Made by a program: the position numbers and the translations under genes
Notes under the pieces: model-generated
The model's database searches: none
Told to the model about the DNA's origin: nothing
What the model saw: only the letters and a program-made list of their open reading frames with translations
Assembly: GCA_030054115.1 (NCBI GenBank)
Contig: JASGCL010000004.1
Span: forward strand, 106 to 64,105
From: Hydrotalea sp.
GTDB lineage: Bacteria; Pseudomonadota; Alphaproteobacteria; JASGCL01
DNA: 64,000 nt
Reading direction: 5' to 3'
Shown: positions 19,549-29,694 of the stretch, in pieces
Numbering within the stretch: the stretch's first letter is position 1
How the letters are laid out: each line of letters begins with the position of its first letter

Positions 19549-21129
19549 TCAGGAAAATCTTGAAAGAAAATCGAGCAGGCAAGATTGAATCGCCATCACC
19601 GGCTTGTGCCAATCGCCCATTTTTTCTTGGCGAAACACAGCATGGGTGTCGGGATACCAATAACTTGCGCTTGCATTTTTTATACCATGCCACTCTTTTA
19701 GCATTTTTTTACCCCATCGCCAATCATGTTGATGGGGGATAAGCACAAAACATTTTCGCCCCAACCCGCCCGCCAAATGCAATATGGCGGTATCGACCGC
19801 GATAACCAAATCCAATTCTTTCACCACTGCCGCCGTGATGGAAAAATCAGTCAGGTATGGCGACAGGTCGCGAATGACCGAACCAAAACCGCAATCGGCG
19901 ATATGTTGTTGTGCCGCCCCAATTTGCAGGCTGTAAAAATTTACCTGGTCGGCAATTTTTTTATCGGTCAGCAATGGTAAAAAATCGGTTAGCTCCATGG
20001 TGCGCGCCGCACCGCTGGGCCCGCCGACCGATGTTGCCCACACCAAACCGATGTTGTATTTTTTGTTGCGCTTGTCGATTACCTGCGGCGCGACGGCGGT
20101 GGTGGTGAGGTAGGGTTTGGCTGGTTGATAGAATTGTTGCATCGAATTTTCGTCGCTGGACTTATCAAGCGGCTTGGCAATTTTTTCCTGCAACAACCAG
20201 GGCAAGGAATTTAAAAAACACCAATGGTCGATGGTGCGGCTGGGGATATAACCAAATGGCGTGATGGTGATGCCGTCGCAGGCCGGGCTTTGTTGCAACA
20301 GGTTTTGTAGTGCCGGTTGTGCCTCCAAAATTATTTTTTTTGCCAAATGCTTGATGGCCGGTAAAAAACGCACAAATTGCATCGCGTCGCCCAATCCTTG
20401 CTCGGCGCTGATTAACAACACGTCGGTTTGTTGGCCTGGCCACTCCTTGCCCTTTTCATGGAACGGGTTAAGTGGAAAATAGGGGAAGGCCGGGTCGGCC
20501 ATCTCCCCGCGGTGTTCGTAAAAACGAAAACCATTTTTGTAATCCCCATGGTGCAGGTAAGAAAAACTATTGATGCGCCAATAATACCCCAGGTCGATTT
20601 GGTTCAACCGCGACTGATTTTTTTCCAATGACCGCAATAATTTTATCGCTTCTGGAAAATCATGTTGTTGCATTGCCAAATCGGCCAGTTGGATAGTTAC
20701 CCAATCGGCCTGTTGCGGGTGGTCGGGCGGCAACAGGTTGAGCAACAAATGCGCCGCCAATTTTTTTGCCTGCACCGGCCGAGTCAATTTTATTAATAGC
20801 TGGAGCCAATTGCAACCGGCGTCAAATTTTTTTTGGTTGTTGTCGGCCACAATATACAAATGCCGCGCCATCGCCATGGCCATGGGGAAATGCCGTGCCG
20901 CGATAGCCAGGCCCAACACCTGCCAGCAAATTTTTTCAACATCGCCGCTGATTTTTTCGTTGCGCAAAAATGATTTTTGGCAATAATGCAACACCGCGCG
21001 AAAATGCGCCAGGGCCAGGGGGTGGTTGTCGCCCATCGCCTGGCTGGCGGTGGTTAGCAAATGGTCGATGCGGCCGGCATCGGCGATATGGGGCAGTGCC
21101 AGCGGCGGTGGAAATTGTTGAATCGGCAT
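19549..21129 (-). CDS. TPR + GT9 glycosyltransferase, paralog 3. The start is set at MPIQQFPPP.
   Basis: The GT9 signatures are AEQGLGDAMQFVRFLP and IAVDTAILHLAGGLGRKCFVLIPHQHDWRW. Confidence 0.75.
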   Translation of the reverse strand: MPIQQFPPPLALPHIADAGRIDHLLTTASQAMGDNHPLALAHFRAVLHYCQKSFLRNEKISGDVEKICWQVLGLAIAARHFPMAMAMARHLYIVADNNQKKFDAGCNWLQLLIKLTRPVQAKKLAAHLLLNLLPPDHPQQADWVTIQLADLAMQQHDFPEAIKLLRSLEKNQSRLNQIDLGYYWRINSFSYLHHGDYKNGFRFYEHRGEMADPAFPYFPLNPFHEKGKEWPGQQTDVLLISAEQGLGDAMQFVRFLPAIKHLAKKIILEAQPALQNLLQQSPACDGITITPFGYIPSRTIDHWCFLNSLPWLLQEKIAKPLDKSSDENSMQQFYQPAKPYLTTTAVAPQVIDKRNKKYNIGLVWATSVGGPSGAARTMELTDFLPLLTDKKIADQVNFYSLQIGAAQQHIADCGFGSVIRDLSPYLTDFSITAAVVKELDLVIAVDTAILHLAGGLGRKCFVLIPHQHDWRWGKKMLKEWHGIKNASASYWYPDTHAVFRQEKMGDWHKPVMAIQSCLLDFLSRFS

Positions 21130-21170
21130 GGTGGTTGGTTTCAGGGTGATGATGACGCCTCGGTTTTTTT

Positions 21171-22544
21171 TTACGATGCGGTGATGATGCGGTCGAGTGC
21201 CAGGCTTAATTTTTTTATTGTCTGCCGCCAATCGGGCATTTGGTTACCACGGTGAAATCTTGGGTAGTGAAAGGGAAAGAGATTTTCCCCATACCAGATT
21301 GATGGTTCGCGGGCGGGTTGCGCCGTGCCCGCCCAACTACCCGCCCAACTGCCCGTCCAACTGCCCGTCCAACGCCAATCGGCGATGAACGGCGTCAGCA
21401 ACAATGTTTTTTTGCCAAAGGCCGCGGCGAGGTGCGCCATGGCGGTATCAACCGACACGACGGCGGCCAGGTCGTATAATATTTTTGCGCTGTCGGCAAA
21501 ATTATTGATGAGCGGTGATGGGTCGGCGATAAAACCCCCGAACCCATGGGCCGCAATGTCGCGATGTTGCGGCGGCATTTGCAACGACACAAATTGATAT
21601 TGCGGTCGGGCGAGCAGTGGCAAGAATTCCTTGATATTTATCGACCGGTCTTGCGCATTGCCGTCCTTACCGCATGACCATACCAGGCCGATTTTTGGTC
21701 GCTTGCTTTCATTTGGCGGCGGCAACCGCCCGGCAAATAATTTTTCAAATGAAAAATACGGCATGGCGACGGCGGGCGATGACAATTGTAACAAATGGGG
21801 CAGGGAAAATAAAAACACCCGCGCCACAATTTTTAATTTATGTTGCCGCACCAATGGGTGTGCCAGGGCTTGGTCAAAACTGCCATAGGGGAAAACCAAA
21901 ATATCGGCCTGCGGCGGCGCGGGGGTTTTATCTTGCCAAGCGGTGTTAAATTGGCTGGCGAAAAGATGGAGCATTTCGGCGCGAACCTCAAACAGGATTT
22001 TTTTGGCGCGCGGATAAATTAATGTTACGAAGCGCGAAAATTGAATCGCGTCGCCGAATCCTTGCTCGAACGACACCAACAATGTTTCGTCGTCGCGCAA
22101 ATCGCGGCCATCCCACTGGGGAATTTTCTGGTGGTAATCCTTATCAATAAACGATGTTTCCCAATTGATGTTTTTGCGCCATTCGATGGCGCGGAACGCT
22201 TCGGCGACAACCGCCGGCGGGCTGGATGATTTGATAAGATGGAGCGACACATGGTAATGGCGGCGGTTTAGGATTTTTGCCTCCGTCGGGTTTTCTGCGT
22301 CGCAATATTTTTTTGCCTGCGCCAAATTATCGACCATCGATTTTTCATCGGCAAAAAATTGGCCAAGCCGCGATAATATCAGGTGGGTTTTAAATTTTGC
22401 CAGGCGGCTGGTGTTTTTTTGCGCCAATAGTTTTTTGGCATGGCGTTCGGCGACCGATAAAAAAAATTGGTCGGCGGAAAATTCAATCAAGGACAGATAG
22501 GCCGATTCATCGAATGTTGATTGCAAGCCGATAATCCGTTGCAT
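21171..22544 (-). CDS. TPR + GT9 glycosyltransferase, paralog 4. The N-terminus is uncertain: the first in-frame ATG is 22544, but an alternative start up to about 22690 is possible.
   Basis: The GT9 signatures are FEQGFGDAIQFSRFV and VSVDTAMAHLAAAFGKKTLLLTP. A (S/T)WxG tandem-repeat insertion is present. Confidence 0.7.
   Translation of the reverse strand: MQRIIGLQSTFDESAYLSLIEFSADQFFLSVAERHAKKLLAQKNTSRLAKFKTHLILSRLGQFFADEKSMVDNLAQAKKYCDAENPTEAKILNRRHYHVSLHLIKSSSPPAVVAEAFRAIEWRKNINWETSFIDKDYHQKIPQWDGRDLRDDETLLVSFEQGFGDAIQFSRFVTLIYPRAKKILFEVRAEMLHLFASQFNTAWQDKTPAPPQADILVFPYGSFDQALAHPLVRQHKLKIVARVFLFSLPHLLQLSSPAVAMPYFSFEKLFAGRLPPPNESKRPKIGLVWSCGKDGNAQDRSINIKEFLPLLARPQYQFVSLQMPPQHRDIAAHGFGGFIADPSPLINNFADSAKILYDLAAVVSVDTAMAHLAAAFGKKTLLLTPFIADWRWTGSWTGSWAGSWAGTAQPAREPSIWYGENLFPFHYPRFHRGNQMPDWRQTIKKLSLALDRIITAS
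21328..21375. repeat. In-frame 12-bp tandem repeat (cccgcccaactg/cccgtccaactg) of 4 units inside GT9 paralog 4. It encodes WTGSWTGSWAGSWAG.
   Basis: This is read directly from the sequence. The unit length is a multiple of 3. Confidence 0.8.
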
Positions 22545-22696
22545 GATGGCCAATGCCGATTCATAGCGTTTTTCCTGCAATTGCTGGTTGGCGATGGTGG
22601 CGAGGGCTGCAATGTCACGCGTTGGGGACAGACGCGACTGGCCAATCGAATCAGGTGCGTTGGGGACGGACAACAATTTTTTATGTTTTGGCTTAA

Positions 22697-23053
22697 TTAT
22701 TTTGGACGTGATAATTTTTCGGCCAGGCCAGATTGACCGGCGCGGTTGGTTAATTCCCGCGCCACGTCGTCGCCGGTGATGCCAAATTTTTGCCACAGCA
22801 CGACCAGGTGGTAAAGCACATCGGCCGATTCCTTTATAATTTCTTCCTTATTTTTTTGGTCGTTATTGCTGGTGGATGCGGCTATCACCAACTCGACCGC
22901 TTCCTCGCCAAATTTTTTGATAATTTTTTCCGGGGCGGCGGCCAATAATTGCGCGGTCCAGGATTCACCCGGCGCGGCCGTGGCGCGCGCCGCAACCCGT
23001 TCGATAAGGGCCTCGATAATGCCGTTTTTTAAATCCTTATCCATATTGCTCAT
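22697..23053 (-). CDS. hisE: Phosphoribosyl-ATP pyrophosphatase
   Basis: The sequence EALIERVAARA ... EEAVELVIAAS ... ADVLYHLVVLW is present. Confidence 0.85.
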   Translation of the reverse strand: MSNMDKDLKNGIIEALIERVAARATAAPGESWTAQLLAAAPEKIIKKFGEEAVELVIAASTSNNDQKNKEEIIKESADVLYHLVVLWQKFGITGDDVARELTNRAGQSGLAEKLSRPK

Positions 23054-23121
23054 CTATTTTTTTTGGTATTTTTTATTGCGCCTTGATGGCCACTTTAGCC
23101 AAAATCGCCATGAAAAACAAT

Positions 23122-23901
23122 CTAAAGCCGAACCGCAAAACCGGCCTGGGCGAGGGATGTTTTTACGTCCTTTATCGCGACCTCGCCAAAATGAAAAATA
23201 CTGGCGGCGAGAATGGCCGCCGCACCGCCCTTGGCCGCCGCCGCCACCATGTCGGCCGCCGAACCGCCGCCGCCCGAGGCTATCACCGGCACGTCAACCG
23301 CCGCGCTTACCATGCGGGTGATGGCGATGTCGAACCCTTGCTTGGTGCCGTCGCGGTCCATCGATGTTAATAAAATTTCGCCAACGCCGCGCGCGACCAA
23401 TTCCCGCGCCCAGGCCAAGGCGTCGCACCCGGCGTCGATACGCCCGCCGTGTAAAAAAACGCCATAGCCGGATGGGTATTTATCGTCGGTAATTTTTTTT
23501 ACATCCAACGCGCCGACGATACATTGCGCGCCAAAGGCCTGGGTGGCGCGCGAAATGAAGTCGGGGTTTTTTATCGCCGCGCTGTTGATGGCGACCTTAT
23601 CCGCGCCGGCCAACAACACGGCGCGAATATCGTCGATGGTCGATATGCCGCCGCCGACGGTCAGGGGAATAAAAATTTCCCCCGCGACCTGTTCAACAAT
23701 GCCCAAAATGGTTTTGCGCCCCTCGTGGCTGGCGGAAATATCCAAAAAACATAATTCGTCGGCCATGGCAATGTCATAGGCGCGGGCAATTTCCACCGGG
23801 TCGCCGGCGTTTTTTAAATTAACAAAATTGACGCCCTTGACCACTTGGCCGTCCTTAACATCAAGGCAGGGAATAACACGGATAAATTTTTTGTCGGGCA
23901 T
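23122..23901 (-). CDS. hisF: Imidazole glycerol phosphate synthase cyclase subunit
   Basis: The HisF TIM-barrel motifs [25 protein letters not shown] and [15 protein letters not shown] are present. Confidence 0.9.
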   Translation of the reverse strand: MPDKKFIRVIPCLDVKDGQVVKGVNFVNLKNAGDPVEIARAYDIAMADELCFLDISASHEGRKTILGIVEQVAGEIFIPLTVGGGISTIDDIRAVLLAGADKVAINSAAIKNPDFISRATQAFGAQCIVGALDVKKITDDKYPSGYGVFLHGGRIDAGCDALAWARELVARGVGEILLTSMDRDGTKQGFDIAITRMVSAAVDVPVIASGGGGSAADMVAAAAKGGAAAILAASIFHFGEVAIKDVKTSLAQAGFAVRL

Positions 23902-24758
23902 TATGCTGTCGCCTGTAAGGCAAATAATTCTTGCAAGTTTATTTTGTTTTCATAAATGGCGCGGCCGACAATCACCCCGCCGAACAACCCGGTGGCCTTG
24001 ATTGATTTTATTTCGGCCAGGCTGTCGATGCCGCCCGACACAATCACCGGAATGTTACAATTTTTTTCGCGCAAGGCCTCGACCAATTTTTTTGATTCCT
24101 GCCAATTGGCACCGGCCCCCGTGCCGTCGCGTGCGATGTCGGTGTGGATGAAGGCGGCAATCGGCAGGTCGGCAAATTTTAAAGCCAATTCGATGAAGTC
24201 AATATCAGTCTGTTCTTCCCACCCTCTTACCGCTATTTTGCCATGGCGCGAATCCAAACCAATGACAATTCTATTTTTAAGTTCTTTTGGATATAGGTCA
24301 AGTAATAGCTCCTTAATTCCATCAGGGTCTTTTACGGCCATTGTGCCAACAATAATTCTGTCCCATTTGTTGGTTAAACCTTCGTTTCGACTAAAAAACC
24401 ATTGCAAGTCCTCATATCTTTTAATGCCGCCACCCACTTGGAAAGACACTTGAGATTGTTCTTTAGTGCGCCAGCTAATAATTTTGTCTATTGCTTCTTG
24501 ATTGTATAGCCCGACATCATTAACCCTAATCGCCCTTGCGGTATTATTAGGTATTTCTGTGGTTCGCTGATTTTCATCGCCCACCGCCCCGTCCAGATTC
24601 ACCAAATGGATCCATTTCGCGCCGGCGGCGTAAAATTGTTGTGCCTGGGCCAATGGGTCGTCGCCATATTCGGTGGCCTTAGCCATGTCGCCCTTTAACA
24701 ACCGCACGACCTTGCCGCCCTTCATGTCAATCGCCGGATAAATAATAAATTCGCTCAT
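23901..24758 (-). CDS. hisA: ProFAR isomerase, with two insertions encoded by an AT-rich internal segment
   Basis: The sequence [16 protein letters not shown]...GGGIK...SGGI is present. The start MSEFIIYP is coupled to the hisH stop in an ATGA arrangement. Confidence 0.85.
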   Translation of the reverse strand: MSEFIIYPAIDMKGGKVVRLLKGDMAKATEYGDDPLAQAQQFYAAGAKWIHLVNLDGAVGDENQRTTEIPNNTARAIRVNDVGLYNQEAIDKIISWRTKEQSQVSFQVGGGIKRYEDLQWFFSRNEGLTNKWDRIIVGTMAVKDPDGIKELLLDLYPKELKNRIVIGLDSRHGKIAVRGWEEQTDIDFIELALKFADLPIAAFIHTDIARDGTGAGANWQESKKLVEALREKNCNIPVIVSGGIDSLAEIKSIKATGLFGGVIVGRAIYENKINLQELFALQATA

Positions 24759-25420
24759 GATGCTTCGCCATTCCACGCCATAAAGTTTTTTAAAAATTGC
24801 AAACCGGCCTTCTGGCTTTTTTCCGGGTGGCATTGAATACCGGCAATATTGCCGCGCGCCATCACCATCGGGTAATCAACGCCATAATGTGCGGCGGCGA
24901 TAACATCGGCCTGGTCATAATCGGCGAAGGCAAAACCATGGACGAAATAAAAATAATCACCATTGTCGATGCCCGCCATCAGTGGGTGGTTTTTTTTATC
25001 CTTTACCTGATTCCATTCCATCTGCGGCAGGGTTAATTTTTTTTCCAAGATTTCTTCCCCTTGCCAAATATCTTTAAAATTTTTTATCGCCCCTGGCATC
25101 AACCCCAAACCAGCCACCTCCTCAAATTCAAAACCCTTATCGGCCAATAATTGCATGCCGACGCAAATCCCCAGCAAAGGTTTCTGCTGTTCGGTAATGG
25201 CCGGTAACAGGTTTTTTAAAAATGGTTCCAGCGCGCGGCGACAGGCCGGAAACGCCCCCTGGCCCGGCAAAATAATCCGGTCAAGGTTTGGCAATTGTTT
25301 GGCCAAGTCCTCGCCGTCGGCAATAATGCTGACACGGCCGCCAACATGTTCGACGGCGCGTTTGACCGAAAAAATATTGCCATAACCATAATCGATAATG
25401 GCGACATGTTGTTGATTCAT
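24755..25420 (-). CDS. hisH: Imidazole glycerol phosphate synthase glutaminase subunit
   Basis: The sequence VAIIDYGYGNIFSV ... GICVGMQLL ... HPEKS is present. Confidence 0.9.
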   Translation of the reverse strand: MNQQHVAIIDYGYGNIFSVKRAVEHVGGRVSIIADGEDLAKQLPNLDRIILPGQGAFPACRRALEPFLKNLLPAITEQQKPLLGICVGMQLLADKGFEFEEVAGLGLMPGAIKNFKDIWQGEEILEKKLTLPQMEWNQVKDKKNHPLMAGIDNGDYFYFVHGFAFADYDQADVIAAAHYGVDYPMVMARGNIAGIQCHPEKSQKAGLQFLKNFMAWNGEAS

Positions 25421-25452
25421 CTGCGTGCCAAAATTAAAGCCAGCAATGTTAC

Positions 25453-26040
25453 CTAAAGTTTCCCCTTGGTCGAGGCCACCATGCCGGCCTGCCGCCCGTC
25501 CAACGTCACGGCCTGGCGCAACGACCGCGCCAACCCCTTAAATGCCGATTCGATTTTATGGTGGTTGTTCAACCCATGGCGATTCACCACGTGAATGTTC
25601 GCGCCAAGATTCATGGCGAAGGCGTGAAACCATTCGCGGAACAACTCCACCTCCATCTCGCCCAATTTGTCTTGGCTGAATTCCACTTGCCACACCAAAT
25701 AACCGCGACCACAAATATCCACCGCAATTTCGGTCAGGGTATCATCCATCGGCGATAAAGCATCGCCAAACCGCGCGATGCCTTTTTTATCGCTAAGCGC
25801 TTTCAACATAACCTGGCCGAGGACAATGCCGCAATCCTCCGCCGTGTGGTGGTTGTCGATATGCAAATCCCCCTTGCAGGTCAGGTTGATGTCAATCAAG
25901 CTATGGCGTGATAATTGTTCCAACATATGGTCTAAAAAACCAATGCCGGTTGAAATGTTATAAACCCCCGTGCCGTCCAAATTGACGGTGGCGGTGATAT
26001 CGGTTTCCTTGGTCTGGCGGGTGATGGTGGCGGTGCGCAT
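25453..26040 (-). CDS. hisB: Imidazoleglycerol-phosphate dehydratase
   Basis: The sequence GIGFLDHMLEQL ... DNHHTAEDCGIVLGQ is present. Confidence 0.9.
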   Translation of the reverse strand: MRTATITRQTKETDITATVNLDGTGVYNISTGIGFLDHMLEQLSRHSLIDINLTCKGDLHIDNHHTAEDCGIVLGQVMLKALSDKKGIARFGDALSPMDDTLTEIAVDICGRGYLVWQVEFSQDKLGEMEVELFREWFHAFAMNLGANIHVVNRHGLNNHHKIESAFKGLARSLRQAVTLDGRQAGMVASTKGKL

Positions 26041-26256
26041 GTATATTTATTCCAGCTGACTTTTAATCGATTGCTGGCGGCGATGCAATCTTTTTGTTGT
26101 GGCATTTTTTGCAAAGCCTGTGCCACCTTAAGGGTTTATAGGCTAAGCCGCCGCAGACAGGCAAGGCCGCCATCGGCACAGCATATTGACTTATCACCAT
26201 CGGTGGCATAAATAACGGGGTATCAGCCGCCCACAAGATTTCAAAAACCACCACTT

Positions 26257-26784
26257 ATGTTTCACGCCACCACTATTTTAGCCATCAAGAAGGGTGCCGA
26301 TATTGTCATGGCCGGCGATGGTCAGGTTTCGGCCGGCAATACGGTGATGAAATCAAACGCCGTTAAATTGCGAAAATTATCATCGGGCAAGGTATTGGTT
26401 GGCTTTGCCGGCGCAACGGCAGACGCCTTCACTTTATTTGAACGGTTGGAAAAAAAATTGGAACAATACCCCGGGCAATTAACCCGCGCCGCCGTCGAAT
26501 TGGCGAAGGATTGGCGGTCGGACAAGTATTTGCGCCGGCTGGAGGCCATGATGGCGGTCGCCGACAAGGACACATTATTGCTGATTTCTGGCAATGGCGA
26601 TGTGATAGAACCCGAGGACGGCATTGTCGCCATCGGCTCGGGCGGGTCATTCGCCCTGGCGGCGGCGCGCGCCCTGACGCAAAACACCGACCTGGCGGTT
26701 GATAAAATTGCGATGGCGGCCATGAATATCGCGGCCGATATTTGCATCTACACCAACCACAATATCACGGTTGAAAAATTATAA
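26257..26784 (+). CDS. hslV: ATP-dependent protease subunit HslV
   Basis: The motifs TTILAIKKG...GDGQVS and [14 protein letters not shown] are present. Confidence 0.9.
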   Translation: MFHATTILAIKKGADIVMAGDGQVSAGNTVMKSNAVKLRKLSSGKVLVGFAGATADAFTLFERLEKKLEQYPGQLTRAAVELAKDWRSDKYLRRLEAMMAVADKDTLLLISGNGDVIEPEDGIVAIGSGGSFALAAARALTQNTDLAVDKIAMAAMNIAADICIYTNHNITVEKL

Positions 26785-28145
26785 TGGTGACATCATCTCT
26801 TGCCTCATCCTTAACGCCACGGCAAATTGTTGACGCGCTGGACAAGCATATCATCGGCCAGGCCGAGGCAAAAAAAATGGTGGCGATTGCCCTGCGCAAT
26901 CGATTCCGCCGAAGTAGTTTACCCAAACCCTTGGCCGATGAAATCTTGCCAAAAAATATATTGATGATTGGCCCGACCGGTTGCGGCAAAACCGAAATTG
27001 CGCGCCGTCTGGCAAAATTGGTTGGCGCACCATTTATCAAGGTCGAGGCGACGAGATACACCGAGGTTGGCTACGTCGGGCGCGATGTCGAAAGCATCAT
27101 CCGGGATTTGCTCGAGGTTGCAATAAAAAACGAACGGCAAAGGCGCGAGGACGCCACCAAGCCAAAGGCGAGCGACAAGGTCAATGAAAAATTATTGCGC
27201 GCCCTGGTGGGAAAGGACGCCAAGGCCGAAACCCGCGCTCATTACAAAGAAAAATTATTGTCGGGCGAGTTGGATGACAGCGAGATAACCATCGAACTGG
27301 CCGCCGCGCCAAAAAACACCGGCACGATGATGGAGATACCGGGGAGCAATGCCGGCATCGGCATGATTCAAATTTCTGACGCGGTCGAGGGCATGATGGG
27401 AAAAATGTTTAAGCAGAAACAAGAAAAAACCATGAGCGTCAAACGGGCGCGCGAAGAATTAATGGCCGAGGCGATGGAAAAATTGCTCGACCATGATGAA
27501 ATTGTTAAGGTGGCGATGGAACAGGTCGAACAACATGGCATTGTTTTTATCGACGAATTCGACAAAATTTGCGTTCGCGATTCCAGCGCGCGGCAAGACG
27601 TGTCGCGCGAGGGGGTGCAACGCGACCTCCTGCCGATGATTGAGGGCACGGCGGTGGCAACGCGCCATGGCATTATCAAAACCGATTATATTTTGTTCGT
27701 TGCCTCGGGGGCTTTTCACCAATCAAAGCCGTCCGACCTGTTGCCGGAATTGCAGGGGCGATTGCCGATTCGCGTGCGCCTCAACCCCTTAAGCCGCGCC
27801 GATTTTATTAATATCTTGACCCACACCGAGCATAATTTAATTTCGCAATACCAACATTTGTTAAAGGTCGATGCGGTCGATGTGCGGTTCGATGCGGTGG
27901 CGATTGACGCCATTGCCGATTTTGCGATGGAAATAAATTCGTCGGTCGAAAATATCGGGGCGCGGCGGTTGCACACCCTGATAGAAAAATTGTTGGAGGA
28001 TATATCGTTCGAAGCCGACGGCAAGGAAAAAATAACCAACAGCAAGGACGGCGATAAAGAGATTTACAGCATCACCGCCGACATGGTGAAGCAACGCCTC
28101 GCCCCGTTGGTCGAGGACCAAAACCTGCAAAAATTTATTCTTTAA
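26784..28145 (+). CDS. hslU: ATP-dependent protease ATPase subunit HslU
   Basis: The Walker A motif IGPTGCGKTEIARRLAKL is present. The start is coupled to hslV in a TAATG arrangement. Confidence 0.9.
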   Translation: MVTSSLASSLTPRQIVDALDKHIIGQAEAKKMVAIALRNRFRRSSLPKPLADEILPKNILMIGPTGCGKTEIARRLAKLVGAPFIKVEATRYTEVGYVGRDVESIIRDLLEVAIKNERQRREDATKPKASDKVNEKLLRALVGKDAKAETRAHYKEKLLSGELDDSEITIELAAAPKNTGTMMEIPGSNAGIGMIQISDAVEGMMGKMFKQKQEKTMSVKRAREELMAEAMEKLLDHDEIVKVAMEQVEQHGIVFIDEFDKICVRDSSARQDVSREGVQRDLLPMIEGTAVATRHGIIKTDYILFVASGAFHQSKPSDLLPELQGRLPIRVRLNPLSRADFINILTHTEHNLISQYQHLLKVDAVDVRFDAVAIDAIADFAMEINSSVENIGARRLHTLIEKLLEDISFEADGKEKITNSKDGDKEIYSITADMVKQRLAPLVEDQNLQKFIL

Positions 28146-28149
28146 TTTT

Positions 28150-29334
28150 GTGCTGAATGTTGATAAGACATCCAACATGCCGCGCAAACTGCCACCCCGT
28201 CCATCCGGTTTATCCTTGGAAAGTGAAATTGTCCAGGGGTTGTATTTTTATGACGAAAAAACGCATAATATCCATCCGCCGATTTACACCGGCACGACCT
28301 ACTTGCGCGATGACAATTACCTAAAACATGACGAACGCGGTTACATCCGCGATGACAATGCCAGCCTTGACCAATGTTCGGCCATGCTAAACCATTTGGA
28401 GGGCGGGTTCGAGGCCTTGCTCTATCCCTCTGGCGCGGCGGCCATGGCCTCGGTCTTTCTTGCCCTGTCGCATGGCGACAAATGCGTCATCCAGGATTCG
28501 CTTTATTATGGTTTGCCAAAATTGATAAGGCAACATATCGCGCGTTATGGCATAGAGGCCTTTTGGGTAAAATCGGGCGATGACGCGGCCCTGACCTCGG
28601 CTATCAAACAACATAAACCACAATTGGTGTGGGTCGAGGTGCCGTCGAACCCGATGAACCATATTATCGATATTGCGCTGGCGGCAAAAAATTGCCAGGC
28701 GGTGGGGGCGAAACTTTGCGTCGACAGCACGGCGGCCACACCGGTGGTGATGAGGCCGCTTGATTTGGGGGCGGATTATGTCATTCATTCGGCGACAAAA
28801 TTTTTGGGCGGTCACAATGATTTGTTGGCCGGCGTGTTGGTAACAAAACAAGACGACGCCATGTGGCAACGGATGAAGGAGCAACGATTTTTATTCGGCT
28901 GGATGCTCGACCCATTCACCGCCTTTTTATTAACGCGCAGTTTGAAAACATTGTTTCTGCGGATGAAAAAACATTGCGACAACGCGGCGCAATTGGCGAC
29001 ATTTTTAAATGGTCATAAAAAAATATCCCTGGTGCGCCACGCCAGCCAAACCTGCCACCCCAATTACGCGGTTGCACAAAAACAAATGACGGGCGGGTTC
29101 GGCGGGCTGATGGGTTTTCATATCAAGGGCGGGGCCAGCGAAACATTGCGCGCCGTGCGGGCGTTAAAAATGATACGCCGCGCCACCTCGCTCGGCGGGC
29201 CGGAATCCTTGGCCGAGCATCGCTTTACTATCGAGGGGGCAGATTCAACCACGCCGCCCGACTTGGTGCGTTTTTCAGTCGGGCTTGAAAATGCCGACGA
29301 CCTCATCAAAGATTGGGAACAGGCATTGGGTTAG
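28150..29334 (+). CDS. PLP-dependent Cys/Met metabolism enzyme (cystathionine beta-lyase/gamma-synthase family). The start may be a downstream Met.
   Basis: The PLP-lysine motif SATKFLGGHNDLLAGV is present and the whole sequence fits the Cys_Met_Meta_PP fold. Confidence 0.8.
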   Translation: MLNVDKTSNMPRKLPPRPSGLSLESEIVQGLYFYDEKTHNIHPPIYTGTTYLRDDNYLKHDERGYIRDDNASLDQCSAMLNHLEGGFEALLYPSGAAAMASVFLALSHGDKCVIQDSLYYGLPKLIRQHIARYGIEAFWVKSGDDAALTSAIKQHKPQLVWVEVPSNPMNHIIDIALAAKNCQAVGAKLCVDSTAATPVVMRPLDLGADYVIHSATKFLGGHNDLLAGVLVTKQDDAMWQRMKEQRFLFGWMLDPFTAFLLTRSLKTLFLRMKKHCDNAAQLATFLNGHKKISLVRHASQTCHPNYAVAQKQMTGGFGGLMGFHIKGGASETLRAVRALKMIRRATSLGGPESLAEHRFTIEGADSTTPPDLVRFSVGLENADDLIKDWEQALG

Positions 29335-29483
29335 GCGAATATATTGCCCCAAGCGGAAGCGTATGGATATTGGCACGAAAATTGAATAACCATCACCAAA
29401 GAGAATTTATAGACATTTCTACCAATTCTTTTTTGTCTCAACTCCTCTTCTCTCCTACATGATGGGACAAAATTGAGTAGGAT

Positions 29484-29520
29484 AGGCGGGCGGATGAACT
29501 ATCCGTCCGCCTATTTTTTT
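29484..29520 (+). terminator. Rho-independent terminator downstream of the PLP enzyme gene
   Basis: A 12-bp stem (aggcgggcggat / atccgtccgcct, with one G-U pair) and a 5-nt loop are followed by a run of 7 T residues. Confidence 0.6.
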
Positions 29521-29694
29521 GTGCCGCGCGGTAAAAACATGCGTTACAAATCGCCTGTAATTTGCTAGGCAGAAAAAGACAAAAATTGGCCGTAATAAAG
29601 AATCACCCTGAAATAGCGCGCGTCAACCTGCTACCCCCGCAACACGTCCATAAATGTCATGTTTTTAAAAACCAAACTCGTGGATATAATTATT

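Noticed and set aside
22544-22796. An N-terminal 84 codons of GT9 paralog 4 overlapping hisE by 100 bp
   Set aside because: A same-strand overlap of 100 bp with hisE is unlikely. The start was moved to the first in-frame ATG, 22544, with the caveat that a non-ATG start nearer to 22690 may be real.
29521-29694. Fur-box-like iron regulation site upstream of the Fe3+ SBP gene
   Set aside because: I could not find a convincing 19-bp GATAATGATAATCATTATC-like palindrome. Alphaproteobacteria mostly use Irr/RirA, whose sites I cannot score by eye.
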